Below are positions 8,693 to 18,183 of a DNA stretch of 64,000 bases, one piece after another (position 1 is the first letter of the stretch; every line of letters starts with the position of its first letter). The position numbers and the translations under genes were made by a program. Origin of the DNA: an uncultured virus (IMG/VR IMGVR_UViG_3300050505_000328) (lineage: Duplodnaviria; Heunggongvirae; Uroviricota; Caudoviricetes); the IMG/VR virus record IMGVR_UViG_3300050505_000328. The stretch is one strand, 5' to 3'. The notes under the pieces are model-generated. The model did not search any database and was not told the origin of the DNA. It saw only the letters and a list, made by a program, of their open reading frames with translations.

Positions 8693-9904
8693 ATGGCCAA
8701 CGTCACCAACAACGCACAAGCCTGGAAGAAGGTCTCGAGCATCGGCGAGGCAGTGAACCTCCCGTGGACCGCCATCACGGCGATCATCAGCGACCAGACC
8801 CAGTTGAAGATGCCACTCACCCCGGCCGAGTTCGCTCGGTTCGAGGCGGGCCTCCAGTTCTTCAACGTCGACACCGAGGCGGAAGCCTGTCCCGGTCGTC
8901 AGATCACCGGCGCCTTCACCGGCGCGCGCGTCGAGACGCCGTTCTTGGCCCTCGGCGCGTTCTTGACCTTCATCGCTGAGGGTCGCCAGTTCGCGCTCCC
9001 CGGCGCGCTGGTCACCGAGCCCGACGCGGGTTCGGCCACGCCGTGCTTCGACGGTTGCGTTCCTGTCGGCGGACTCGCCGGCGACGCTGCCGCGCGCAAT
9101 GCGGCGCTCGACTGGGGTGGTCCCGGGCAGATCTTCGGCGAGAACTTCGTCCAGGCGTATCGCCTGCAGATCCGCATGGGCCGCCGCATCGTCGTCGTCG
9201 ACGAGCTCGCGAGCCACATCGGCGTCTGGCCGAAGCCCAACGTCTTCGGCGGTGCGGGCGACTCGCTCGCGGCCGCGCAGAAGTACGTCATCGCGACGAA
9301 CAGCGTGTTGCACGACAAGGGCTACGATCGGCTCTTCATCCCGCAGAACGTCGTCGTCGGCGACGCGGGCACCGAGTGCATCGGTGCACCGACTGCCGGC
9401 AACACCTACGGGCACTTCACCGGAACCGGCCTCGGGCACAAGATGTACTGCTTCCAGCGCCCGCTGCTCTACGTCCCGACGACCACGATCCGCATCGGGC
9501 TGTCGCGCGTCGAGCAGGACTGCTGCTTCCTCGAAGCGATGCGTCGCGAGGGCGTGCTCGACCTGGAGACCATCCCGTCTCCGGCGCCGGGCATCCTGAC
9601 CGAGGACACCGCGTGCGGCGTCGGCTACTCGTCGGCGTACACCATCCCCGGCGGGTGCTTCTCGTTCGGCGTGGGCCTGTTCGGAGTCGAGCTCTTCCCG
9701 AGCGCGTGCATCGACTACCTGAACTACGTCTACCCGGACTCGCTGCAGTTCCAGATGTTGCTCGAGTCGAGCTACATCCAGGGCCTGCTCCAGCAGAGCG
9801 CGCTCAAGGGTACGGCCCACCTCTCGGGCCTCACCAAGCAGGGCAAGGAGAACCTCAAGATCCTGCTCGAGAACCGCAAGGCGACCGTCAACCCCGACGA
9901 GTGA
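8693..9904 (+). CDS. Candidate major capsid protein (fold unverified)
   Basis: 403 aa, no TM; purine-rich RBS; strongly biased codons; followed by a hairpin; central position in the structural block. No recognisable sequence motif. Confidence 0.45.
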   Translation: MANVTNNAQAWKKVSSIGEAVNLPWTAITAIISDQTQLKMPLTPAEFARFEAGLQFFNVDTEAEACPGRQITGAFTGARVETPFLALGAFLTFIAEGRQFALPGALVTEPDAGSATPCFDGCVPVGGLAGDAAARNAALDWGGPGQIFGENFVQAYRLQIRMGRRIVVVDELASHIGVWPKPNVFGGAGDSLAAAQKYVIATNSVLHDKGYDRLFIPQNVVVGDAGTECIGAPTAGNTYGHFTGTGLGHKMYCFQRPLLYVPTTTIRIGLSRVEQDCCFLEAMRREGVLDLETIPSPAPGILTEDTACGVGYSSAYTIPGGCFSFGVGLFGVELFPSACIDYLNYVYPDSLQFQMLLESSYIQGLLQQSALKGTAHLSGLTKQGKENLKILLENRKATVNPDE

Positions 9905-9919
9905 TCGGACTAACGGCGA

Positions 9920-9949
9920 GGGGTGCTCGGGCTCACGCTCGGGCACCCC
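9920..9949 (+). terminator. GC-rich stem-loop after the candidate capsid gene
   Basis: GGGGTGCTCGGGC-TCAC-GCTCGGGCACCCC, 13-bp stem with 2 G-U pairs; pyrimidine-rich tail but no immediate U-run. Confidence 0.5.
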
Positions 9950-9991
9950 GCACCGCCTCTTCACTCACTCTCTTTTGGATTCGAGGTCACA

Positions 9992-10612
9992 GTGCGAAAG
10001 ACAGCCCCCCGCCAGTTCACGTTGGGCGAGATTGCGGAGTTCGATCCGAAGCTCGCTGCGACGCTCCTGTACTCCGGAGCGAGCGCGCGCGGCATCGTCT
10101 CGAGCGCGATCGGCGGTTGGGAGATCTTGAACCTCCGCGCCTCGTTCACGAGCGCGACCGCCAACCAACCCTTGCCCGTCAAGTTCGAGGAGCTCGCCGA
10201 GGTCGACGTCTGGTTGAAGGACGTCCAGGCGACCGTCCGCCGGCCGAACTACTTTCCCGGCAACCCTCTCCGCGACATCGCGAACACCGCATACGCGCAG
10301 AACCCGGACATCGACATCACGCTGCAGATCCGCACGTGGTGCAACTTCGTCATCTCCAGCGACCCGACCCCGCTCGGCAACTTCGAGGAGGCGTTCAGCT
10401 GCGTCTGCCCGGTGGGCCTCGTGCTCACGTGCGGGGCGTCGGCCATCGCCACCTTCACGAACACCCGCGCCCTCGTCGACCCCGACGAGATCCCGACCGA
10501 GGTCATCGTCAGCCTCCACGTCATGCGTCTCCCGCGCAGCAACTGCTACGCGCAGATCTCGATCCAGGACGCGCTCGCGGTCCTCAAGGAAAAGGGCATC
10601 TGTCCGCCCTGA
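9992..10612 (+). CDS. Putative structural protein (beta-rich; minor capsid candidate)
   Basis: GTG start after GAGG; alternating hydrophobic pattern; no TM. Confidence 0.5.
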   Translation: MRKTAPRQFTLGEIAEFDPKLAATLLYSGASARGIVSSAIGGWEILNLRASFTSATANQPLPVKFEELAEVDVWLKDVQATVRRPNYFPGNPLRDIANTAYAQNPDIDITLQIRTWCNFVISSDPTPLGNFEEAFSCVCPVGLVLTCGASAIATFTNTRALVDPDEIPTEVIVSLHVMRLPRSNCYAQISIQDALAVLKEKGICPP

Positions 10613-10628
10613 GCGAAGGGTGTGACGG

Positions 10629-11510
10629 ATGGAACTTGAGAAGATCGGACCCGCAACCGCAGCACAGACCGAGATCGCGCACGTAGGCGCTGACCACCGG
10701 CACTGGCTCTGCGGCTGCCCGGTGCTGCTCGACGTGGTGTCGAGCGCGTTCCAACTGCGCAACATCGCGGTCGGTTCGTCCCCGTACGTCGGCGACATGA
10801 GCTCGACGGGCATCGAGGTGCCGCTCGCCCCGACCACGGACCAGTACCACCGGTACCTGTTCCGGCTCGTCGTCGTCGACATCCCGAACCATGGCGCGAT
10901 CGTCGTGCGTGCCGTGCACACGGCGCAGACGCTCGCCGGCCTCCTCACGGGCGCGAACCCCGACTGCCCCGGGCGGCCGTTCGAGATCTTGATCCGCGAG
11001 CCGTTCTGGCAGCCGCCGGGCGGCAACATCTCGTGGCACCTCCGCCACCAGCTCCTCGGCCAGGCCGGGAACCGCTTCAGCGACGCGAGCATGGGCGGCG
11101 GGCGCGACGTCTCGTTCGAGGGGAACGACACCGCGCTGCTCTACCGCCCGCCGCTCGTCCCGTACGTGCCACCGAACAGCGGCATGCCCCTCGAGCCGGG
11201 GCTCGGCATGCTGGGCACGTGGCGCGACAACCGCGACTTCGAGACGTACATCCCGGTCTACGGCCCCGGACGCGTGGTGCTCTACGCGAGCGTCAACCAG
11301 TTCGACCCCGCGGACATCTGCAGCGTGACGCCGCCCACGGACCTCGGCGCAATCGCGCAGGAGGACCGGTTCCTCTTCATGTTCCCGACCACGGCCCACT
11401 ACGGTCGCGTCGCCGGCGCGCTCACCGTCGAGCTCTGGCCCGACTGCAGTCAGCTGCCGACCCGGTCTGGCAAACTGTTTCAAAACTCGGACAGGAGATT
11501 GTTTACATGA
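10629..11510 (+). CDS. Putative structural protein (beta-rich)
   Basis: 293 aa, no TM; lies in the capsid-candidate block. Confidence 0.55.
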   Translation: MELEKIGPATAAQTEIAHVGADHRHWLCGCPVLLDVVSSAFQLRNIAVGSSPYVGDMSSTGIEVPLAPTTDQYHRYLFRLVVVDIPNHGAIVVRAVHTAQTLAGLLTGANPDCPGRPFEILIREPFWQPPGGNISWHLRHQLLGQAGNRFSDASMGGGRDVSFEGNDTALLYRPPLVPYVPPNSGMPLEPGLGMLGTWRDNRDFETYIPVYGPGRVVLYASVNQFDPADICSVTPPTDLGAIAQEDRFLFMFPTTAHYGRVAGALTVELWPDCSQLPTRSGKLFQNSDRRLFT

Positions 11511-12709
11511 AGCACGTGAACTGGACCAAACCGATGGCCGGAAAGCAAGGCCGACTCGGTCAACCGTACGACGCCGAGTCGTGGACGTTCACCGTGCGCG
11601 AGAAGTTCGGCAACGGATCGGTCGTGTACGCCTACACGCCGCCCGGGTGGATCACTCACCAGCAGGGCGTGAACCAGCTCCTGAGTCTCGGCCAGACCTA
11701 CGGCGCGAGCTACGTCACGTGCGGCGTCTACAAGAAGGCGTACCAGTACTACGGCCCCGGCACGAGCTACTGCACGTACGACGGCGGCGTCACGTACCAG
11801 GTCGGCGCGATGGTCCCGCCGCCGCCCGAGCCCGTGGCGACGGTGCCCATCCCGTTCTACACCCGGCAGTCGATCTTCCCGTTCGTCGAGACGCCGTTCA
11901 TCGTGCCCTTTGGACGTACCACCACGATCACGTGGACGAATCAGGCTCGGCCGATGCCCCCGTTCCACCCGATCTTCGGCGCGCGGCGCGTGCAATGGAT
12001 CGGACGAACCGGTCGACTCGGGCAAGGCGACTTGCACGATACGATCACCTACAAGTCTTGCTACAACATGTGCGCGCAGAAGTGCACGGCGCAGAATCAA
12101 AACAACCCCGCGGCGTTTGACGCTTGCGTCGTCGCCTGTGACCCCACGTGCCTGGCGCAAGCGGCGCTCGAGGGCGGGTCACCGACGAACGTCGGTGCGC
12201 TGCAGGCCAAGATCAACGCTGCGCTCGCGACGCAGAAGATCTGCCCGATCGGCGCGGACGGCAAGCTCGGTCCCACGACCTGCGCGGCGGCGATCTACGT
12301 GCAGACTTACCTCGACGGGTCCGTCGCCGTCCCGGCCCAGTGCGGGAGCATCGACCAGTCGAAGAGCGCGTTCAATCCGGACTGCAAGACCGGCACGCCC
12401 GGCCCCGCACCCGGTTGCACCGACAACGCTGGCTGCTCGCCTACGCAGGATTGCGTGAACGGCAAGTGCGTTGACAAGTGCCCGGCGAACTACACCCGCA
12501 ACGCTACGGGTGACTGCGTCGCCAACCCCGCCGTCTCGTCGACGTCGACCGGCCTCGGCGGCGTCGGAGCGCTCGCGCTCGCCGGTCTCGCGCTCGGCGC
12601 GTTCGCGTTCTTCGGGAAGCCCCCGAAGCTGCCGAAGTCCGCCGCGGGTCGTCTCCAGCAGAACCCGAAGCGCCGCCGGCACAAGAAGCGCGGTCGGTAC
12701 GCCGCCTGA
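11507..12709 (+). CDS. Cys-rich membrane-anchored virion protein with PG-binding-like segment
   Basis: Two W-tags (VNWTKP...GRLGQ; VQWIGRTGRLGQ); 'LQAKIN...GADGKLGPTT'; TM; LQQNP plus basic tail. Confidence 0.75.
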   Translation: MKHVNWTKPMAGKQGRLGQPYDAESWTFTVREKFGNGSVVYAYTPPGWITHQQGVNQLLSLGQTYGASYVTCGVYKKAYQYYGPGTSYCTYDGGVTYQVGAMVPPPPEPVATVPIPFYTRQSIFPFVETPFIVPFGRTTTITWTNQARPMPPFHPIFGARRVQWIGRTGRLGQGDLHDTITYKSCYNMCAQKCTAQNQNNPAAFDACVVACDPTCLAQAALEGGSPTNVGALQAKINAALATQKICPIGADGKLGPTTCAAAIYVQTYLDGSVAVPAQCGSIDQSKSAFNPDCKTGTPGPAPGCTDNAGCSPTQDCVNGKCVDKCPANYTRNATGDCVANPAVSSTSTGLGGVGALALAGLALGAFAFFGKPPKLPKSAAGRLQQNPKRRRHKKRGRYAA

Positions 12710-12724
12710 GGCGGAGGAGGCTAA

Positions 12725-13102
12725 GTGCGGGTCACTTGGGTCAAGCAGAGTGCTCACGGTGTTCAGTGGCTGGGTAAGCTGCCGAGCGGGCGCCTTGGTC
12801 TGACCAACGACGAGCGCTTCAAAGAAGCTGTGTCGTACTTCCCGCCCTGCTACACCAGCGAGTTCGACAACTGCGTCGAAAAAGGGATCGTCACCGCGTA
12901 CCCGAACTGCGCGCGGATCTTGGAACTGTTTGGGCCGGACAAGACCGACCCAGTCTCGATGCAGCTCGACAAGGAGATCGAGAAGATGCCGTTCTGCTCG
13001 GCGTCTGCCGGGAGTTCTGGTGACAACTCGATCGCGTTGCTGCTCGGCGTAGGTGTGGCCGCGCTCGCGCTCGGGTTCATCGCAGGAGGAGGGCTCCGGT
13101 GA
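12725..13102 (+). CDS. Tail-anchored membrane protein with WLG leader
   Basis: RVTWVKQSAHGVQWLGKLPSGRLG; 4 Cys; C-terminal TM; GGAGGAGG RBS. Confidence 0.75.
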   Translation: MRVTWVKQSAHGVQWLGKLPSGRLGLTNDERFKEAVSYFPPCYTSEFDNCVEKGIVTAYPNCARILELFGPDKTDPVSMQLDKEIEKMPFCSASAGSSGDNSIALLLGVGVAALALGFIAGGGLR

Positions 13103-13290
13103 GGGTCACTTGGGTCAAGCAGAGGACGCAGCGGGTCGAGTGGCTAGGCCGCGTGCCTGACACGCTCGGCGCCTCGGCGGCTGTCGAGACGTCGGGCGTT
13201 GTCCCGACGCTCTTCCTGCTCGGCTTGCTAGCTCTGGCGATCTACGGAGGGGTGAAAGCTGTAGGCTCGCTGAAGACGGGGAGGTTGTGA
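13099..13290 (+). CDS. Minimal membrane protein (WLG leader + TM only)
   Basis: RVTWVKQRTQRVEWLGRVPDTLG then TM. Confidence 0.75.
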   Translation: MRVTWVKQRTQRVEWLGRVPDTLGASAAVETSGVVPTLFLLGLLALAIYGGVKAVGSLKTGRL

Positions 13291-13291
13291 G

Positions 13292-13570
13292 GTGTCTGCC
13301 GTCACCTGGGTCAAACCGATGCGCGCGCCGAGCACGCTCGCCGGTCTCCCCTCGGGCGAGAGCGCCGAGGCGCTCGTCGCTGGCGACGTCTCAGCTATCC
13401 CGGTGATGATCTTCCACACGGCGATGCGCGCGGCGCTCGTCGGTGTGGGCATGTACGTAGTGGGGCTGAGAGGCCCGAACCTGATCAAGTACTCACTGGC
13501 CGGCGCGGCGAGCATCGAGGCGTTCGTGCTAGCGTGGGCGCTCTACGAGAACGGAAAGAAGAAGTCATGA
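13292..13570 (+). CDS. Small membrane protein with VTWVKP leader
   Basis: Leader motif; two hydrophobic helices. Confidence 0.7.
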   Translation: MSAVTWVKPMRAPSTLAGLPSGESAEALVAGDVSAIPVMIFHTAMRAALVGVGMYVVGLRGPNLIKYSLAGAASIEAFVLAWALYENGKKKS

Positions 13571-14466
13571 CGCAAGTGCAGTGGGTGAAGCGAGAACCGA
13601 GGACGCAGTGGCTCGGCCGCGTGCCCGGCACGCTCGGCGCGACCGAGGCGGAGATGGTCCAGATCAAGACCCTGCTCTCCGCGTGGGCGCAGGGCGAGGG
13701 GAATCAGTCGGCGGCGTTCCAGGACTACGGGACGAAGCCCGGGGACTTCCTTCCACCGTTCACCAAGATCCGCGACGGCGCGACGCTCGAGTCGTTCAGC
13801 GTCTGGTGGAACAGCGGAGGCAAGCCGCCACACCTCGCGACGGGCGTCGCTGGCGAGGGCGGGACCGTCGCCGCTCCCCCCGACGCGCCGCACCTGCAGG
13901 CGCTGCAGAACTGGGCCGTCAGCAAGGGGATCAACCCGAATCCCGGGCCGAGTCCTGACCCGGTGATCTGCGCGCAGAACTGCCAGCAGAAGTACGCTTT
14001 GGACCCGGTGAACCTCGCCACGTGCTTGTCGCTCTGTGCTGGACAGGCACCGCCGCCGATCATCGTCCCTCCGGTCATCATCCCACCGCCGGTAACACCT
14101 CCTCCCGTGACGCCGCCGCCGGTGACGCCCCCGCCCACGTCGCCGCCCGCGGAGAGCGCGTCGTCGAACACCGGTCTCTACATCGCCGGCGGGATCGCGG
14201 CGCTGGCCGTCGGTGCGCTGCTCCTGAGCAAGGCATCGCCGATGCTGCAGGCTAACCCGCCGCACCCGAAGTCCGGGTACGCCTACGCCTATCGCGGCAA
14301 GAACTGGCGCAACAGCTCCAGCGAGCCGTGGGACATTGTCATGATCACGCCCGCCAACGCGCGCTACATGTACGTGGGCAAGCGCCACATCGACGGGTCC
14401 GAAGTGAACGTCTGGAAGACCGGCCAGCGCTACGTCGCCCAGACCACGGTCATGACCGGAAGGTAA
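13567..14466 (+). CDS. Membrane protein: WLG leader, 4-Cys module, VTPPP linker, TM, LQANP + C-terminal domain
   Basis: Motifs read directly from the translation; ATGA coupling. Confidence 0.75.
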   Translation: MTQVQWVKREPRTQWLGRVPGTLGATEAEMVQIKTLLSAWAQGEGNQSAAFQDYGTKPGDFLPPFTKIRDGATLESFSVWWNSGGKPPHLATGVAGEGGTVAAPPDAPHLQALQNWAVSKGINPNPGPSPDPVICAQNCQQKYALDPVNLATCLSLCAGQAPPPIIVPPVIIPPPVTPPPVTPPPVTPPPTSPPAESASSNTGLYIAGGIAALAVGALLLSKASPMLQANPPHPKSGYAYAYRGKNWRNSSSEPWDIVMITPANARYMYVGKRHIDGSEVNVWKTGQRYVAQTTVMTGR

Positions 14467-14470
14467 GCCG

Positions 14471-15220
14471 ATGCAAGTTCAGTGGGTATCCAAGAAGAAA
14501 GTCTCGTGGCTCGGCGCGGTCTCGCGACTCGGCGAGGTGCCGGCGCTGCAGCTCAAGGCGAAGGCTCTCTTGCTGTCGTGGAAGAACCTGTACGGCAACG
14601 TGCCGGTCACCGACTACGGCACTTCGCAGGACCTGACGGGTTATTGGTCCGCACGCGACCAAGCCATGATGGACGCCTTCGTCGATTACTGGACGGCGCT
14701 CAATGGGCAACCCGTGACGTTCAAGCAATTGCCGGCGGACACGCCGACGACCGGTCAGGTCGCCGCGCTCGAGGCGTGGGCGAAGGGCTTCGTGCAGCCA
14801 GGGCAGTTTCCACCGTTCGGTGGTTCAGCACCGCTACCCGGAACACCGCCGCAGATCCCCGGCCTGCCCCAGGTTCCCGCCGGCTCGCAGGCGTGCGTCG
14901 ACACTTGCCTCCAGGCGACAGGCGTGCCGCCGAACTCGCCCGGTTACGTCTTCAACCTGGTCAATTGCATCGCGCAGTGCGGCGGACCTCAGCCGCCAGT
15001 CAACCCGGCCGACGTGCGCGTCACACCTAACCAGGCGCCGACGACACCGGCGACGGACACGTCGTCGAACACGCTGCCGCTGGTCATCGGCGGCCTCATC
15101 GTGGTCGGAATCGGCGCTGCCCTGTTCTTGGGCGCCCCGAAGCTGCAGGAGAACTTCTACGTCGGCGTCGGTGCGACGGCCGGCATGGGTAGGCCGCGCA
15201 AGCGTCGCAGGAAGCGCTGA
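14471..15220 (+). CDS. Membrane protein, paralogue of 13567..14466
   Basis: VQWVSKKKVSWLG...RLG; shared DYGT..D...RD..W and 4-Cys module; TM; LQENF + RKRRRKR. Confidence 0.75.
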   Translation: MQVQWVSKKKVSWLGAVSRLGEVPALQLKAKALLLSWKNLYGNVPVTDYGTSQDLTGYWSARDQAMMDAFVDYWTALNGQPVTFKQLPADTPTTGQVAALEAWAKGFVQPGQFPPFGGSAPLPGTPPQIPGLPQVPAGSQACVDTCLQATGVPPNSPGYVFNLVNCIAQCGGPQPPVNPADVRVTPNQAPTTPATDTSSNTLPLVIGGLIVVGIGAALFLGAPKLQENFYVGVGATAGMGRPRKRRRKR

Positions 15221-15223
15221 GCC

Positions 15224-15901
15224 GTGAAGGTGGAGTGGAGCAAGCCGATCGACGAGCGCGTGCGTGGCACGCTAGGCCAAGTTCTGCCCGCGGCTCCGGC
15301 CCCACCCGGCTGGACCGGTCCGTGGCCACCACCGAAGCCGCCGTTCTGGGACCTCACGGGAATGCAGTGGTTGCCGACCGGCGACTTCCCGAAGGACCCG
15401 CCCTTCGGTTGGTCCTTGACGGGGCAACCGTGGCCTCCGCCGCGCCCGCCAGGCTACCCGGCGGGCTGGGACTGGCCGTTGAAGCCGCCGCCTGGCTGGC
15501 TCGCGCCCCCGACTTCGGCACCGTCCTCGTCTCCCGGAACCCCCCCTCCCGCTAAGCCGGGGGCGGTGCCGTCCTCTTCTTCCGAGTCCGGCGACAGCAT
15601 GGTCTACGTCGTGGGCGGAGCGCTCGTCGTCGGCCTGTTCCTCATCCTGCTCGGAGGGAGCGGCGCGGCGTTGCAAGAGAACGCTGGCGAGCCGCAGTTC
15701 GACATCTACCTCGAACGCGTGCCTCTTAATCAAGGAGGCTACGACCGCCGCGGTCGATACTGGGGTGTCGGGGCGCCGCTCTACCGCTACTACGATGACG
15801 TCGGCGCGATCGACGGTTACGTCCGCGCGCACAGTCGCGAGGAAGCGAAAGCGAAGGCTCGCTACCAGTCGCCCGGCATGGTTCTCAAGTTCAAACGATA
15901 A
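15224..15901 (+). CDS. Pro/Trp-rich membrane protein with LQENA + C-terminal domain
   Basis: VEWSKP...TLGQ; PPGW/PWPPP repeats; TM. Confidence 0.75.
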   Translation: MKVEWSKPIDERVRGTLGQVLPAAPAPPGWTGPWPPPKPPFWDLTGMQWLPTGDFPKDPPFGWSLTGQPWPPPRPPGYPAGWDWPLKPPPGWLAPPTSAPSSSPGTPPPAKPGAVPSSSSESGDSMVYVVGGALVVGLFLILLGGSGAALQENAGEPQFDIYLERVPLNQGGYDRRGRYWGVGAPLYRYYDDVGAIDGYVRAHSREEAKAKARYQSPGMVLKFKR

Positions 15902-15905
15902 TGCG

Positions 15906-16610
15906 ATGCACCCGCTCGACTACATGCTCGGACTCGGCGCCGTCTCGACGCCGGCGCAGTGGTTCGAGTCCGGCTGCAGCGGCCCGCGAGCTCGCTGGAC
16001 ACCAGAGGGCCTCATCGAGATCGAGAACGAGGGCGCGAAGGCCCTGAAGCTCCCCGAGGAGGTGAAGCAGTGGCGCGCCATCGTCGACGCCGCGGCGGCC
16101 AAGTACAAGCTCTGGCCGCAGTTCGTCGACGGCGTGATGGCGACCGAGAGCGGCGGGAAGCAAGACGCGCACTCGTCGTGCTGCTACGGACTCATGGGGC
16201 TCCTGCCCGCTACCGCGAGCGACCAGGCGGGGAGGAAGGTGTCCGTCAACGAGCTCCTCAGTGACCCGGCGCTGAACGTCGACCTCGGCGCGAAGCTGCT
16301 GTCGGAACTCATGACCAAGTACGGCGGCAACCCGATCAAGACCGTGATCGCGTACAACGCCGGCAGCGTGAAGTGCGGCACCAGCAGCAAGTGCACAGCG
16401 CCTAATCGGTGGAACGTGATCGCGGACTGCTCGACCGGCGGCGTCTCCGCCGACTACCCGGGTCGCGCGTTCGGCTACAGCAACGCCGCGGCCGCTTGGC
16501 TCGGAGCGAACCCGCTGAGCTCGTCCGCGAGCTCGGGACCCGGACTCGGCACGCTCGCGCTCGGTGCCTTCGCGGTCGGCGGCGCGGCGTACCTCCTGGG
16601 GTGGATCTGA
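15906..16610 (+). CDS. Membrane-anchored lytic transglycosylase (SLT family)
   Basis: ATESGG (catalytic Glu), GLMGL, NVDLGAKLL, AYNAG; C-terminal TM. Confidence 0.85.
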   Translation: MHPLDYMLGLGAVSTPAQWFESGCSGPRARWTPEGLIEIENEGAKALKLPEEVKQWRAIVDAAAAKYKLWPQFVDGVMATESGGKQDAHSSCCYGLMGLLPATASDQAGRKVSVNELLSDPALNVDLGAKLLSELMTKYGGNPIKTVIAYNAGSVKCGTSSKCTAPNRWNVIADCSTGGVSADYPGRAFGYSNAAAAWLGANPLSSSASSGPGLGTLALGAFAVGGAAYLLGWI

Positions 16611-17185
16611 TGGCGCGCGTGCAGTGGCTCGGGGCCGTCGGGGACAAGCCCACGGTGCTCATCGGGGACTCGCTCGCCGTGGGCCTCGCCGTGCCCTTGA
16701 AGGAGGCGCTGGCGCCGGAGCCCTTCCAGGCGTTCGCCAAGACCGGGACGACGGTCGCGCAGTGGCTCGCGTCCGCCGACCTCGCGACGGCGCTCGCGCT
16801 GACCCCTAAGCGCGTGCTGGTCTCGCTGGGCACCAACGACACGAAGGGGAAGGTACCCGCGGCGACGCTGAAGGCGCAGGTCAACGAGCTCGCGGTGAAG
16901 ATCCGCGGCTCCGGCGCTGAGGTCGTCTGGCTCATGCCGGGAAAGCTCCCGTGGGAGTACCCCGAGCTCATCGCGGCGGTCATCGCCGCGAACGCGCGCA
17001 CGATCGACCAGCCGACCGTCGCCAAGGATGACGGCATCCACCCGACCGGTGACGGCTACAAGACCTGGGCCGCGTCTATCAAGGAGCAGCTCAATCCGCC
17101 GACGATCGCGACCGGCGCCAAGCAGTCGATCGCTCCCCTGCTCTTGATCGCCGCGATCGTCGGAGTCGCTTGGTGGGTGACATGA
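16610..17185 (+). CDS. Membrane-anchored SGNH/GDSL esterase
   Basis: IGDSL, SLGTND, DGIHP blocks; VQWLG leader; C-terminal TM. Confidence 0.88.
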   Translation: MARVQWLGAVGDKPTVLIGDSLAVGLAVPLKEALAPEPFQAFAKTGTTVAQWLASADLATALALTPKRVLVSLGTNDTKGKVPAATLKAQVNELAVKIRGSGAEVVWLMPGKLPWEYPELIAAVIAANARTIDQPTVAKDDGIHPTGDGYKTWAASIKEQLNPPTIATGAKQSIAPLLLIAAIVGVAWWVT

Positions 17186-18183
17186 ACGTCGAGTGGGTGA
17201 GGCCGCGGCGCGTGCTCTGGCTCGGGCGCGTCGGCGCATACACGGGCTACGACAAGCTCGAGAACAACGCGCTCACGAAGGAGGTCATCGCGCGGCGCGG
17301 CGCGATCGACGAGGAGTCTCTCAAGGCGTACGGCAAGGTCGGCGGCACGATCGCCGGTGCTGGACTGTGCGCGGCGGCCGGCCCCGCAGTCGCGGTCGGT
17401 TGCGGGATCATCGGTGGGATCATCGGCGAGTGGATCGGTAGCAAGATCCCGGTCGCGCACGGCTCCACGATGGAGGACCTCGTCGTCGACACGATGTCCT
17501 CGGTCGGGGCGAAGGCCAAGGTCTCGGCCCGGGCGATCTATTCGGTGCGCGCCTACCTCACGATGCGCGACCTCGCGATCACGAAGGGACTCGCGAGCGA
17601 CGCCTCGCTGACCGCGGCGGGCTGTCCGCCGGCGCCCGTGAACTCGCGCTGGGCACCGAGGCAGGTGCGGTACCTCGAGTCGAAGGAGAGCTACGACGCC
17701 GCGGGCGAGCAGACGCTCACGCCGACGTCTATCAAGGAGTGCGGCGCGGCGAAGAACATCGGCGTCGTCAACTCGAAGTTCACCTGCACCGACTACAACT
17801 ACGCGGTCTACTACAACGGCTACATCGGCCCGGTCGCCGCGCCGGGCGAGCCGATCGACTGGTCCGCGGTCGGGCAGGACGAGATCGCGTTCCAGAAGTT
17901 CAAGCTGAAGAAGGACTGCGAGTACTTCATCCGCGGCGCGCCGACGAACGAGCCGCAGCTCAGCTGCCCCACCAACGCTCCCACGACGCTCGCCAAGGCG
18001 TACATGGACAAGCTGAACGCGACCGTGAAGTGGCCGAAGGGGAACCTCGTCCCGGGCGTGCCCGACCTCTCGGACCAGTTGTTCGGCGGGTCGAGCTCGT
18101 CCTCCGGTTCCGGGACGTCGCCGGTCGTCGTTGTCGGGGGCCTCGCCGCGGTTGCTGCCGCAGTCTGGTACTTCCTCCTATGA
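17182..18183 (+). CDS. Membrane protein with WLG leader and glycine-zipper segment
   Basis: VEWVRPRRVLWLG; GGTIAGAG...CGIIGGIIG; C-terminal TM. Confidence 0.72.
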   Translation: MNVEWVRPRRVLWLGRVGAYTGYDKLENNALTKEVIARRGAIDEESLKAYGKVGGTIAGAGLCAAAGPAVAVGCGIIGGIIGEWIGSKIPVAHGSTMEDLVVDTMSSVGAKAKVSARAIYSVRAYLTMRDLAITKGLASDASLTAAGCPPAPVNSRWAPRQVRYLESKESYDAAGEQTLTPTSIKECGAAKNIGVVNSKFTCTDYNYAVYYNGYIGPVAAPGEPIDWSAVGQDEIAFQKFKLKKDCEYFIRGAPTNEPQLSCPTNAPTTLAKAYMDKLNATVKWPKGNLVPGVPDLSDQLFGGSSSSSGSGTSPVVVVGGLAAVAAAVWYFLL

